A stretch of DNA of 64,000 nt from Ophelia neglecta (taxonomy: Eukaryota): contig OZ260665.1 in the NCBI GenBank assembly GCA_965285935.1, forward strand, positions 5,394,001 through 5,458,000. Direction: 5' to 3'. Shown here in pieces: positions 51,045 to 64,000 of the stretch. The first letter of the stretch is position 1, and each line of letters begins with the position of its first letter. The notes under the pieces were generated by a model. The model was not told where the DNA came from and made no database searches. It saw nothing but the letters and a program-made list of their open reading frames with translations. Made by a program: the position numbers and the translations under genes.

Positions 51045-51645
51045 TATGTATTTTTCAGTTAAAGAGTATTAATATTATTTACCTATTCTATGGATTCCTT
51101 GAATTCTACTTCACGATGTTGTCACCGGGTCCATCAATGGCGGTATGTGTTTGCGCCGCCGTCCTCAGACTTGATATCGAGATATGACGGCAGCAAGTAA
51201 CGTTGCTGGGTGGATTCTGGGTGAGAACAAATGTCTATACCCTCCTTAGGGTAGTAGCCAATGTTCCGTTTCTCACGATGTGCTGGACAGTGCGCATTTC
51301 ACTCTACACGAATGTACCAGGCTCCACGCCCGGGCTCCGAACAGGCTCTGGTGAAGAGCTTACCGGGATTTGTAACCAAACATCTCCTCTCTGATTGTCA
51401 CGATTCTAGATAACAAAAAGTCACATAAATAAGAAAAAACATCCATTTTTGTTGGTGGGGCTACGGATCAATACACTTCAGCGCCTCCCATAAGAGGCCG
51501 AGGCTGTCTCGCTGTCTAAAGGTTGTGGTGATATACGGCATAAGTGACTTTTTTCCGTTTATTCCTTAAGGCAACCCTATTAAGGCCTACACTATTCATA
51601 TGCTCGAGTTATTAGGTAGGGGTGAACAAGGGAAGAGGGTTGTTA

Positions 51646-51738
51646 GGTTGTTGTTGTTGTTGTTTGGGGTTTTACGTGGCTTTCAACACTTATCGGTCAT
51701 ATCGCCACTGTGCCTACTTGTGACAGTGGGCTCAATGC
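51646..51738 (-). mobile_element. SINE-like repeat 3' fragment with (AAC)n tail
   Basis: Matches the 2412-2560 copy. Confidence 0.6.
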
Positions 51739-51971
51739 AGAGGGTTGTTAGGGAGGGGGGGATCCAAGGGAATTGGGAGGTAAGGAAGGGGAGTGTCTTA
51801 GAGAAGAGGATGGTAGAGGGGAAGGGTACAAGGGAAGAGGGTGGTGAGTGGTAAGAGGGTGATCAGCCCGGGCGTACCCTTACCCTTCCTCTGGTGTATT
51901 CTTCCTATGGCGAATGGGAAGTGGCCTTGTGTGAAATAGGGGAGATAATCTTATGTCTACTTGTGCGGTAT

Positions 51972-52554
51972 TAGTCTAACTCCACCAGCCTAAATGTATA
52001 ATCCGCGAGCTACCTATCATTTAGTCTGATAACACTGCCTGCAGCCAAGTGCCCCACTGAAATGGCCGGGAGATGGCGCAGCAAAGCCTAGCGTTTACGG
52101 TCAAAGCGAGGCTGTGAACTCTGACCTGCGTTCGGCATCCTTCGGGATTTCCCAGATCAGCTGTTCGATCCAACATGGCAGCTCACGTCTTCCCAGGGTC
52201 AATATATTTGGAATAGGCCTATGTATCGTACGAATTAAGTTCAAATCTTGCACAAAGTCTGCTTGAGGCTTTTCCTGAGCTAGCACCGGATGTAAACAGG
52301 TTCAAATTTCCGAAGATTGCCGAGCCCGATTCAATTGCGAGCGCACCGACAGCAATGTTGCTTGACACAGATAGCGTGACCGCGTGTCCAATCACACCGC
52401 GCTGGGTGACCCGGTTTAGTGGACTGGCCGCTGATAGGCAGGACACGGATTCTGTGTCTGGAGGGCACTTGGCCAGAGGCAGTTTTACAAGACCCTACGG
52501 CGGTACATCAGTATCTAAAAATACCGCGCGGAGGGGATGTGTGGCACAAGACTA
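51972..52554. mobile_element. Non-autonomous Academ (AcademH-like) DNA transposon
   Basis: Termini TAGTCT...AGACTA, flanked by a perfect 9-bp direct repeat GTGCGGTAT (51963-51971 and 52555-52563). Confidence 0.8.
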
Positions 52555-55500
52555 GTGCGGTATATTATTATAAATTTTATTTAATAAGTTGGTGTGATGT
52601 ATGCATGCGAATTGATTTTCCATGAATTACTATCAAAAAAAAATTGTGTACGGTTTTTTGTTATTTGCAGTACTCACATATACATTCATATTATGGTGGC
52701 TCACACACTAGCGATTACTTTAATCTTAGTGAGGGTCTCCATGATCATAATTATAATTTGAACTTACCATCAGTCATTGTACATTTTCATTTAGCTATGG
52801 TCGAATAAAATAAGTATCTGAATCTGAATCTGAGAAGTAAAGACTATATATACTACAACCCCGCTTCATGTCTAGGGCAGTGTTATATTCAATATTTAAG
52901 TGCCCGCTAAATTTTCATCAGAAGAATCAGTGAATGACATATAGAGGTATGCTAGTTTTGTATGAATTTCTCATTAACTGTCAGTAGGTAAAGGGTTCTT
53001 GAACTATAGAAATAAAAGCCGGAAATTGCGACAAAACCAACAGAAAAAAGTTCGACATTTCTTTGCCAATCACATTTTATTTGCATTGCTATGGCAGTTA
53101 ATTATATTCGGATGACCACCAAAAGTTAATCAGGTCAAGTGAGGCCCAAACCGCTCCTCATTACGTAATCATGTTGGCGAGCTTTGATCACCATGTTGCT
53201 CAGGAGAATTACTATAGGCAGTATGGTGGCGCCACTTATCTCCATCGATTTTCCCAGGCTAAATTTACTACAGCTAAGGAATAAAGATGATGTGGCCCTA
53301 ACGTTTGGGGAGTTACGGTCAAAAGACTGACGGTGGCGGCACAAGAAAGTCTGACTGATTTTAAGCATTTTCTTAAGTCATAACTTAAGCGGTCTTAAGT
53401 CTTTATCGGATTAAAATTAGAAGTAAAGTGCTTATTCGGTTTTAACTTGCTAATCGGGGTTTCTGGGAGCTGGCTTTGGTATTAAACCTAGCCAGCTTGG
53501 TCTTATACTTGCTCCTTGTCAATGCAAACAACGATTTAGTAGGTCAGAAATAATCAGTTATAGGCTAATTAAATCTGTAAACTTAAGTTACTTATAATTG
53601 TTTGTTAAATTCAAGGTACAAAGCTGCTTGCTGTATTTGGTATTAAATACTACTTCAATATGAAATAAATTACGATTTAGGACTATAAGTAAGGAGCATT
53701 ATTCCTATATCATATCAAGATGTCTACGGAGGCAACTTGTGTTTCTGGCATAGTGTGCGAACTTCCAACTATATTATGTGTTGTACCAGACGTGAGAACT
53801 AAAAATAAAATAAACTGCCAATAAAGCAGTTTGCATATTAGCCAAAATTATCCTATGACATAAGGTGCTCTTCCACTTGTTACCGGAGGGGCCATATACG
53901 ACTGACGATCTGTGTGCTGAATATGTTGTGGGTGTTCATTTATTTTGACATAGTGCAAGTTTTGTATATGTTTTTAAAAATGTAAAGTGATATATGATGA
54001 ATAAATTATTATTACAATTATCATAACAACCACCATATATTTATATGGATATGTAGCTCTTACAGGATAATGACGTCCTTTATCGCATCACGATTTGTGA
54101 GGCGCCCTGCCTTCCCGCTGACCCGCCTTGTCTGCAAGCCACAAGCAGTTTAATTTCCTGTTGTTGCATGACGATGTATATGACGCTAATGCTTTCTCTC
54201 AACCCAGCTTCCTCTGTCACGGACCATACTTTAGGACAACTCCCCCTTATTCCACCAAGGAGCCTTCCGCTGCACGCCACTTTTGTAGTCTATACAGTCT
54301 GATATCATTCCACATGTTGCCCAATCCGATGAAACCATCTCAAGCAATAGGGAGGAATATCCCCTCAAATAGTCTATCACAAAGGCGCAAACAGAAGTAG
54401 TAAATTGAGAACCATCCTTGTTATATTGAAGAAACGACCATTACGATGATTGCTAAAGTATTGTTACAATTTACAAGGGTACATGTTCAAAGCACGACCT
54501 ACGTTTAGCTAGTTGTGATAATTTCACAATTTCATGCATTACGTTGTAGGCATACATCTGAAAGGAGGCAGGCAACTGATAGCTCTGTGTGTGGTCGTTA
54601 TGTACTTATGTAGGTAGTCGAGGCATGACGGTGGCTGATAAATACGTACTGAAGATATATCTATACGAACACACCGATGAAATACAGTCAAACGGTAGGT
54701 GATAGTTAGTGTTTACATATGACTCCCACTCTCTGATGTTTAAAGCAGCTATATACACTACATGCGCTATAACCTGATCGTTGTACTGATTTAAACTGCT
54801 TATAATATGCACATTGGAAAGGTTCGGCTTTTATAGTAAAAATAGTCAGTTTACAGTATAAAGCTGCCAATCTCTTTGACAGTATACTAGTCTTCGATCA
54901 ATTAAATTAAAACTCAGTTACGGGTTTTATTCAGTCAACGGCAGGTGCCGAGTCGTGCGAGAGTTTTTTCTATTAATCATTATTTTTGCCGTCGTTTCAG
55001 GCTAGGGAGAGCATTGAATTCAAGCTAGGGTTATGCTTCTTAAATTCATATATTTTGTTAAACAACCACAGATAGGGAGACAACATGTATAAAGCAGGGA
55101 TGCAAAACAACCACAAATAGTACGACTACATATAAGCAGTACTATAAAGTTAGTGTTCGACTAGAGATGCGACTAGAGATGCAGGTGTCGTTGACACACA
55201 GGGCCGCTTGTTATGCCATATACCATCTTAAATTTTTCTAGTTTTCATGATTGTATGGTTCAGCATTGTGTGCTGTCATTTGTAATATGTGTGTGCTGTC
55301 AGTTTACATAAAATGTTGCCAATCTCTGGAAAAATGCTGCGACCTCAGAACACCTAACGAACAAAGTCAATCACTACTTAGTATTCTATAAAATAAATTC
55401 CGAGTTGTGCATTTTTGTTTGCATTATTCATTAGTTTTGTCATTGCTGGCATGCGCTCGTGTGCTTTGAATACTAATTAAGTACACCGTCTTAAAATCAC

Positions 55501-57022
55501 ATAAATTGTGACACAGGCATGCATAAACAGAGATGTGCAGGCCACATCTATTCAGTGCGTAATTGCCCATGTTCCTTTAGATGTGTATTCTACTATCCGT
55601 TCTTCGCAAAACAAAAATGGAGGTGAAAGGCTAATGGTTCATAATAAACCCAATGTATTTACATGCATACAACCTGCAATCAGGCAGGCTAGTTCTGCCT
55701 TAAGGGTGCCGCGGATATAAAAAGGTTATGGTTCTATTCCTCATGTATCATTGAAGAGTAAACTCTCTCGCGATTATAATTTACAGCCCCCCCCCCCATC
55801 ATGGCAAATCATGACTTTGTCCTCGATTTACTAGAAACTCGAACCCAAATCTTCTTTGGGATCTAGTTGGCAAGGGGGCGGTCAAAAGCAACTCGACTTA
55901 TGATTCGTCGGTATACGATGCCCCGTTTGCTTGATACAAATAGAAAAAGTATGATCTAAGATGTTTGTGCTTGAGCAATCGAAGCTAAAACATAGCTAGC
56001 TTGCTACCTTAAAGTAGCTTTTTAAGAGCTTCAAATGGGGAGTTTCATTATTATTTATAATAATAAATCCTTTGTTTATTCTTTGGTTAGTCAATCATTA
56101 TAATATATAGTCATTCATTATTTTATATTCATTTATTCTGGGTATCAATACAACGTTCACAGCTGATAATGTAACAACTTTATGATTTAGTTCCGCGTCT
56201 ATAAGTACTATTTATAATAATTTTAATTCTATGAAATTTTTAGGCCGGTATTGGTATATTTAGAGAACAAATACGTATATTTTTACCATCCACCTTGACT
56301 GGGAAAGAAGCAACTAAGCGAAAGAATAGAAAAACACTAAGAACTTACTAAGCCCAGGAATGATTTGGCATATCTTAATCTTCACTCAAATATCCGGGCA
56401 CCCGGAGATGTAACAACTGGGACGGCTTAGCGGATTTTGTGTATAAATGGTGATAAGTCGACAAATTTAATAATTAACAAAATAATTATTTAGGGGTTAT
56501 CTGTATAACAAGTAGCAAATATTGAGGATCATAAGTTATTTTCTATATTCTGGAAAATCCCTTGATGATAATAAATTGTTATTTGTTATTTCTGGTACAA
56601 AGCTGCTCACACCGCGGCCATACTTAATGATACTTAATACAGCAATTAGAGTGAATAATTAATGACCTAAAATTAATAGTGAGGACCTTAATGCCTTTTA
56701 AAAAAGCTTTTAAAAAATCTTGTTTGAACACTTCTGACTATATGTTGTACTGACTTGATACAAACGGCCATGTTACGTGCCAGACTGACCTGGATTTTTG
56801 TGGGGTTTTGTTTTTACCTTGGAGTACTCACACAAGGTTTGTATACATTAACAAAGTAAATATATCTTAACTCTAACAACCATGGAACATAGTGTTAAGT
56901 GTTGCATTTAGTTCACTTTGTGGAAGGATACAATTTATTGATAAGTGTGGTCAATTAGTTCAATGAAGACAATAATTAAAGTCTTGTTACAGATATTGAA
57001 AAGTTACGATATATATTTCTCG

Positions 57023-58279
57023 TTATTTCAGCTCCATATAACCGTCAGTTCCATCCGTTTGTTCCGAGCTTTCCTCGATTTTTGGTTCAGATCGCCACCA
57101 ATCGATAAGAGGCCTTAGGATATTTCCTGTGGTTATCAGTGAGACGCCAAGGATCTCCATCCAGTTCCGGTGTCCAGGCTGGATGTGCCTCAGGATTGTA
57201 TATTGCAATATGACAAGCAGGACTAACTGTAGGCTATTGATTACAGACAAGGCGAACACATTGATGCGTTGTGCGGCATAGTAGAAAAGCAAGGCTGCTA
57301 TTGCAAGAGAAAGACTGTGAGCAGAAAATAGTCCCCAGCATCCGGGGTTCGATGGAAGTACTGGAACCTCAAGAGTTAACATCGGTATCAGAGAAACACA
57401 TGTGGAGAAAGCTGCCGGCCAAAAAAAAAGTACAATGGCACTCAAGTTATTCAGTCGACTGTTAATTGTGGCATCTGTTATGAAAATACACGTGCCCGCT
57501 ATAACTATCAAGATATATCCTCGAGTGACTTCAGAAAGTCCTACATCTTGGCGTTTCGACCCATTAGATATTGCAGTATAATTCCAATTTACATCCACAG
57601 TCATATTTTTGTGCGAACTGCCTCCATCCTTGAACACGCATATTGGTGTGCGCCTCGGTGAGTATGTCATGTTTTTCTCCAAGAAATCCGGCCAATAGTT
57701 GTATGCTGAGTTTTTTTGTGGCGAAATGCCCAAGGAGACAGGTGATGCTGAGCTGTTTGGCGCCGATATGCCCAAGAAGGAGGCTGTCAGTGAGCTGCTA
57801 GGCGCCGAAAAGCCCATGAACGTTGGCTGCACTATAAGTAGTATTCCGACTGTACAGAGTAAAAGTGTAGGGACTACACTTGGGGAACATGTTCTCTGTC
57901 TAACAGCCTCGTATACTGCGCTGTACAAATACGACAAGACAAGTGGTAATCCGGCAAGAACCGCCAGAGGGAGCAGCGGTGCTGCAGCGTAAGTGGTAAA
58001 GGTAAGTCCACAAGCGGCGAAACACAACACAATGACCCACCCTATCAGCTTCTTCTCCACGGTCGGTACTGTCCGTGTTATACCCAGCGCTAGAACGGAC
58101 ATCACCAACTGGACGGTGAACCGGGACATATTCAGCTGCCAATCTCCAAGAGCGCCCTCTATCGCCTGAGCAGAAGCCTTGCTAGTGGAGTATAACGCGA
58201 CCGCGCCCAAGCCAGCCAAGCTGCCCTTGACAGAGTCACGTAATTCCTCATTAATACCTCTCATGTTACTCTTGGCCAT
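57023..58279 (-). CDS. SLC35G-like / EamA (DMT superfamily) transporter paralog, 418 aa, single coding exon
   Basis: Same motifs as the 41.6-kb gene (KGSLA; SAQAIEG.LGDW; YAAAPLLPL; LPSN.GCWGL.SAHSL; QPGHRNWME). The true start is probably the ATG at 58279 (MAKSNM), because a tttctttacag acceptor at 58297-58298 interrupts the longer track ORF. Confidence 0.9.
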   Translation of the reverse strand: MAKSNMRGINEELRDSVKGSLAGLGAVALYSTSKASAQAIEGALGDWQLNMSRFTVQLVMSVLALGITRTVPTVEKKLIGWVIVLCFAACGLTFTTYAAAPLLPLAVLAGLPLVLSYLYSAVYEAVRQRTCSPSVVPTLLLCTVGILLIVQPTFMGFSAPSSSLTASFLGISAPNSSASPVSLGISPQKNSAYNYWPDFLEKNMTYSPRRTPICVFKDGGSSHKNMTVDVNWNYTAISNGSKRQDVGLSEVTRGYILIVIAGTCIFITDATINSRLNNLSAIVLFFWPAAFSTCVSLIPMLTLEVPVLPSNPGCWGLFSAHSLSLAIAALLFYYAAQRINVFALSVINSLQLVLLVILQYTILRHIQPGHRNWMEILGVSLITTGNILRPLIDWWRSEPKIEESSEQTDGTDGYMELK

Positions 58280-58989
58280 GACACATCCAATGGAGACTGT
58301 AAAGAAAACAGCAAGTGTGTATTCATGCTGGCACACATATACATCTTAAGCTTATAGAAGGATGATAAATTATATTGTTAAAGTTTGTATTAATTGTCAG
58401 GTATGTTTGTGTTTATTGTCGAGTGTATTTGTAGATGGCATCGTTGTATCGAACAACATTGTGTCGAAGTAAGAGTTTATAAAATAGTAATTTATGATAT
58501 ATTAAGAATGGCTCAGAACATTAGATTAATGTTAATATTTTAATTTGTCCTCAATAGCAATAATTTGACCAACAATTTTTGCACTTCTAATAGGTTTTAT
58601 TTTCCAGTTCTAATGCCCTTCTCAGCTTGTCCCTCGAAATATAAATTGTTCATTTGTTCAATATTTATATCACGCTTTTTTAACCGTTAAGAAGAACCGG
58701 TTCGTGCTGGGAACATATAATTATAGTGGAAAAGGGGAATAATGCTTTATTGAGAACTCACTTGAATATTTTTGTGATTTTGCGAGAATTATTTTTGTAG
58801 CTGGCTAACTGTTTAGGGTTTTTTTGGATGTGTACACTATGATGTTTTGTGAAATCACACAATAGAGCCATTTCGAAATTTACTTTTTTTTCTAGAGAAA
58901 TTAGGAAAATATAACATTTAACAACGGGTTTGGTAATTAAGTCGGTCACTTAACAGCTAACCTGCTTTAAGAATATCCCGGGCTCTTCA

Positions 58990-61400
58990 GTATATATATA
59001 ATCTTTATTTCCTCCTCACGGAGAGAACGAATCGGCTATACAATTAAATTTCAAACATAAGACATATTGATTAGTACTAAATGAAATTTTTTTTTAATAA
59101 AAAGGTGTTACGAAGGTTGTTCTGTGAAGCAATGTCAAGCTAAAGTTACTACTTATTCAGTAAGTGCTGGTATTAAACGTGCTTGCAAGAATCACAATGT
59201 GTTAGGCCAACTTGCCCCACGACGATTCACAGAGTAGCACATAATCCTTGCGCATGTGAACTAATTGCTCAGGTAGATCGGCGCCCAACCTTGATAGGGT
59301 CAAGTCGGGTGATTCCAGATTGTTTAAATGAAATAGAAATGACTCAGGGAATTGATTGGAAGCAACTGTCCAGAACATATCTCGGTCACTCTGAAAGTGT
59401 TCGCATTTAGTCAACTAGTGTTCGACCAATTCCTGAAATTGCTCGTTACAATGGTTGCACGACAGTCTCGCCAGCAAACTGGGAATAGCAACCAGTTGGA
59501 CAAGACCGGCAATTTGATTGGTGGCCCAAGGTGAGATGCGAGCAAAAATCCAGAGGAAATTTGACATGTATAAGCACCCTGTTGGAAGCATTTTTATACG
59601 AGTCGATTATCATAAGCATCTGAATGATTTCGTCAGTTACGGACGGATATACGTATTCAACCGACCTGGTGTTCATTCCACTAGGACTGAGAGTTACAGG
59701 CGATGCATCCTTGTCACGGCCCAAAATCTGCAGAATTTACTAGCCAGCCTGCGCGCCACAGGGAGTCCATTGATATCTTTATTCCAATAAGCTTGCTTGG
59801 TTTTAAAGATTCAAGTACCAATGTGTGGTAGTGTAGAATTGCCGCCTTTTTTAGGTCTAGCAAGCACCGCTGTATTATCTAGCGCCCTAGGGCTATTTTC
59901 TTATTGGCCGACGCAGTCATGCATAACAGGCGGTAATTTCAGTCTTAACCGCTACCTTTGCCGGCATTCTGCCGTTAGCTTTCCTTGTGCAAGGAGGCCT
60001 CATCAAACCTAGCCATTAATCTAGTTCCTTGGACAAAGTCCAGTTCCTTACTGGGTAAGTGACTATGCAGTATTTCCTATGTTAATTCTTAATCTATATC
60101 ACGCAATGGAACTGATTACCTCCGTGAATCTTATACTTTAGCTACAAGGAAAGCTGCTATATGTAAAGCCTTTAATTGTAAATATCCTTTAAACCGCTTT
60201 GGTAATTTGATCTTTAAGTATATGAAACGTTGCTCGAGTTATCGAACGTATCTACAAATTGTATTTTATTATGTTCCAGATTAATAATTGTTATATCAGA
60301 CAGAGCTACTAAAATAAACTTTGCCTACGTACAATAAACTATATTACATAGACCCATCCTGAGGATTTGTGATTTCTCGAATACCACAAATGCTCATCTC
60401 TGTCGCCAGGGTGACTTTATGCTAGATGGACCGCACCTGGACTACGTGCCGGTTCTATCACAAAGGGGCAATGTGATCACGTTGCTCATACAAGAGATCT
60501 CTTTGAGTTTGTCTAGTAAGTTACCATTATACGAGAGCTTATAAACATCCCAAAACCACCACCACTTGATTTAGTAGGATCGGTCCTGTCTTTACCAACT
60601 CAGGTTGGCAGCCTGGCGACTGGATGCAAATCAGTTCGGTTTGTCTCTATAAGACAAAGCAAATCGTAGCCTTGTCTTAGCATTATATCAAAGGCCTGTA
60701 CTTGTGTAGCTATACCGAAACCCTGAACATTGCCGAAAGCAAATTTTGTGTTGGTAAGGGGTTTGTAAATTGACGGGGTCCCACGTCAGCTACGGCTATT
60801 GTCGAGGAGGTGGAGTTTCTTTTAGCATTTTAAACATTTAGCTGTAAATGGGAATTTATCTTTAGGGAATTTGCTAGCTCGTAGTCTTGCGGATACTGAG
60901 CTCTGTTTCACGCAGGGAGATTTAAGAATGGCATCATGTCCACATTGTCATTCATCTGCCGCCGACTGCGTTATTGCCTTTACTGTCGAGGTGGTGGAGT
61001 TTCTTTTAGTATTTTTAACATTTAGCTGTAGATGTGTGTTTGTTCGAAATATCTTATGGGACGTTAAGATCCTTCACTTAAAATTTGCAGTTTTCTTGGT
61101 TGCAAATAAGTCAGACTTCCATCTGTAAAAGTGTTATTCAAACTGTAGGCACTGTGTCTGAGAGCTAATAGATGACATAACGGTGTTGGGATGGCGATCC
61201 TTGAGAAGCCACGCAATCGAAACATTGAGTGTCCGGCAATATCATTCCGCTGGATGCCTATCAGACATCATGTCCTGGAGAGAGGGCGACCCCCTGCTGA
61301 AATTCAGTCGAGGCCCTAATTCTTTGATCGCCTGCGTTGGAGTTTGAGTGACCGCGTTAGTCGAGCTAACCCATTAAAGGGCAGCTTAGCCGTATATGCT
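58990..61400 (-). mobile_element. Highly degraded, internally deleted LINE (CR1/L2-like)
   Basis: RT N-terminal-like remnant in track ORF 59446..59724 (DEIIQML..IDS.K.....IHVKF...TGCY), and aataaa plus a TA-rich tail near 58990-59010. The 5' boundary is uncertain. Confidence 0.5.
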
Positions 61401-63326
61401 GTAACCTTTAGGTGCTTTCCGGGGCTATATGTCTTCTCCGAATCGCTGTGGTCAGTTCCCGATCTCGGCGATAGAGGTGTTAACGCCCCCTGTGAACGGC
61501 TCTATCGAAATAGTACATATCAGCCACCGTACTTATTATTTGACAGCGCCTTCACCCACTCGAATATTCACCACAAACAGGTTGATGGCACCAAATAACA
61601 CAAACCGTGTTCGATTTTGTTATACCAATACCTAATGTTTTTTGATCCGAGATATAAGCACATATAAAAATCTAACTACGATTCAGAATTTTGGAAACCA
61701 GTTAATATGTTAAGCGTGCTGTAGGTTTTATGATCGCAGGCAAAGTGACCAGTTGGTAAATATATTTACTTTACATTAGCGTATAGACCAAGCATTCAGG
61801 AAGATGATACCAGCTTAATGCTTACCAATAATCAATAAAGTTACCTGTATGTCGATAAAGATGTCACCTGCCGGTATACACATATATGTACATGCAATTC
61901 ATACATATACGTACCTGCAATTCATCTTGGTTTAGATATTCGGTCAACCTGTACACATTATATTAAGTGTGTTTGATGGACTGAGGACGCGACCGTCTGA
62001 CCTAGAGTAGGCAGTTAGCTATATTAGTTTTACCTGTAAACTTGGCTGACCGTCACGCGGCGTGAACACTGGGCCCTGAAACCTGCGGTCACCTGGCTGT
62101 TTTCTCTGTGTAGTCTATGTAAACTAAGATTATCATCAGCCGAATGTTGTGATAGTATGATGACGGTATTCATAGACACGCAACTTGGTGCCGGAATTCT
62201 AAGAGGTCAAGGCAAAGGTACCAGTCAGTATGTGTCTGAACTGATCCGATCACAGAAGTAGATCATAGACTAACAGTATCTCCATCAGTTACCGTCTTGG
62301 GTCTACCTCTTTTCACCGTTATTGGATCTGAAAGCCGCTGGTAAATACCTGTCATCCCTCCACGTTCACGCAAAGTTAATGAGGCATGGACTTCTAACCC
62401 CCCCCCCCCCCGCCACCACCACTACCACCATCACCACCACAACCATCACGATCTTTACCCTTCAGTACATTCATTATACCTGCCCGCCGACGCGCAGAAA
62501 TATAAGCCTCATCTATCCTTTCTGTCTTCGCGCTGTGTTCTGAATAGAGACAGCGTACTATAGAAACTGATGACAGGAGACGCGGGATGTAGACTCATCT
62601 TTGTAAGCACGGACGACCATATAAACTCCAGTTAGGTACGTTCTACTGGGTATGTAGTTGTTCTGTATTGGTTCATATGAAGGGTTCATATATTCTACAT
62701 TGGGTCATATGACCGGATTGTATGTCCCACAATGAGTCATATAACGGCCTTTATCGCTGCTCTTTTCGGTCCTACATGACAAACATATGCCTATGGAAGG
62801 TCAAACGTGGCTTTATCCAATATTGGGATAATGTGGACTAAGGTGAATGGACACATCGGTGCCATATGTTGACTTAGGCAAAGGAAGGCTTACTGAAACT
62901 TAAGGTATATACCTGATATGTGGCGGAGCGTGCCCCGGATTTTTTGTAGCGTGCCGGGGGTGGCATTATAACAGAGATCGCGCATATTGCCGCCAAAAGC
63001 TTTGCACAAATGAAAATTCCGCCAAGTAACACTTGGGCTAAGCTTCAGTATTCATCGTCATACCACTGAAACGCTGAATATTTCAAAATTAATGTTTATG
63101 TTATAAATAATATTTTTTCTTGTTGAGTTCTCAGGTACGAAGACCTGATTTCACGGAAAGAGACTTCTTGGATTAGCGAAGTTGATTTACTCAAATAAAG
63201 TAGAGAGATGTAGGCAAACTGCTATTTATTGGATGTAGGTCGCTTAAGGTTGTAGGTAAGCAACCGTAAATACAAAATATATAAACATGAAACCATGAAC
63301 TGAATAGGCCGAAATGTGTCGTAGTA

Positions 63327-63505
63327 CAGTGAAACCTGTGTTTGTGGTCACCTGTGTAATAAGGTCACCTGGCCACTAAGGTCACTCAATAATAGACCCA
63401 TCCCCATTTATGCCTATGTTAACTTACTTGCTTATTATGGTCACCTACATAATGTAGTCAGTTCTTTCTAGTCCCTTTATAAACCTGATTGGACAGGTTT
63501 CACTG
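63327..63505. mobile_element. Tc1/pogo-type MITE
   Basis: TIRs ta|cagtgaaacctgt and acaggtttcactg; a related terminal fragment lies at 35678-35720. Confidence 0.8.
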
Positions 63506-63877
63506 TTAGTTAAGCAAACAATGGCGTCGAAGGAGGCCTATAAGACGAACCCGAAGACCATCTTTTCCATAATTAATTAGTGCGTCGAATATTTGTCAAA
63601 AGTAGTCGCTCAAGCGTCGGCACAGGTATAAAGATATGGGTTTAGAAATGACTAATATAGAGACTTTTTGAGTGGACCTGTTAGAAAAATCACCGTGCCT
63701 TTGACAATATCCAAGGCCTCTTGAGACTTTTCTCTTAATGCACTTCATGCGATCTTTCCCAGAACACCAGAGACCAGCTGTTGTAAAGCAATTTGGTGCA
63801 TTTCATGTGTTTTCTTACATTCAGTGTTAGGTTAGTTGACATTCAGTCGGTAATTCTAGTCATCTCCACACTTAAAG

Positions 63878-64000
63878 TAAATGAATGAATGAATCTTTTT
63901 ATTCGGCAATTATACATTTCAAAGTACAGATATAATATCATAAGAGATACAAAATTTGTACAATTGCCAGGACGCTAGCGATCGCCGAAGCTGTGAATTG
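63878..64000 (-). mobile_element. Probable LINE 3' end extending past the window
   Basis: On the minus strand, aataaa is followed by an (attc)n tail, the same style as the other LINE tails here. Confidence 0.35.

Noticed and set aside
58280-58336. N-terminal extension MCQHEYTLAVFFTVSIGCV of the second transporter
   Set aside because: It spans a polypyrimidine-AG acceptor at 58297-58298, so it is likely intron plus UTR. The paralog lacks it.

Overview
This is eukaryotic, AT-rich, repeat-dense DNA with GT-AG introns, probably from a lophotrochozoan such as a mollusc (inference). It contains no prokaryotic operons, rRNA, tRNA or CRISPR arrays. Manual splicing recovers four minus-strand genes: (1) the 5' nine exons (about 354 aa) of a secreted reprolysin/M12B (ADAM/ADAMTS-like) metalloprotease that runs off the left edge; (2) a small three-exon secreted PAN/apple-like Cys-rich protein at 16.6-17.9 kb; (3 and 4) two paralogous SLC35G/EamA-type transporters, each with a single coding exon, at 41.6-42.8 kb and 57.0-58.3 kb, set among duplicated non-coding blocks and candidate 5' UTR exons. 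The rest is LINE relics, MITEs, SINE-like fragments, minisatellites and a 680-bp triplication. The most striking observations are a 1.46-kb satellite whose 36-bp unit is an in-frame motif of the endonuclease of the LINE it sits in, an AcademH-like element with a perfect 9-bp TSD, and duplicated promoter/UTR blocks in the transporter cluster that have no adjacent CDS. Most ORFs in the supplied track are artefacts of repeats.
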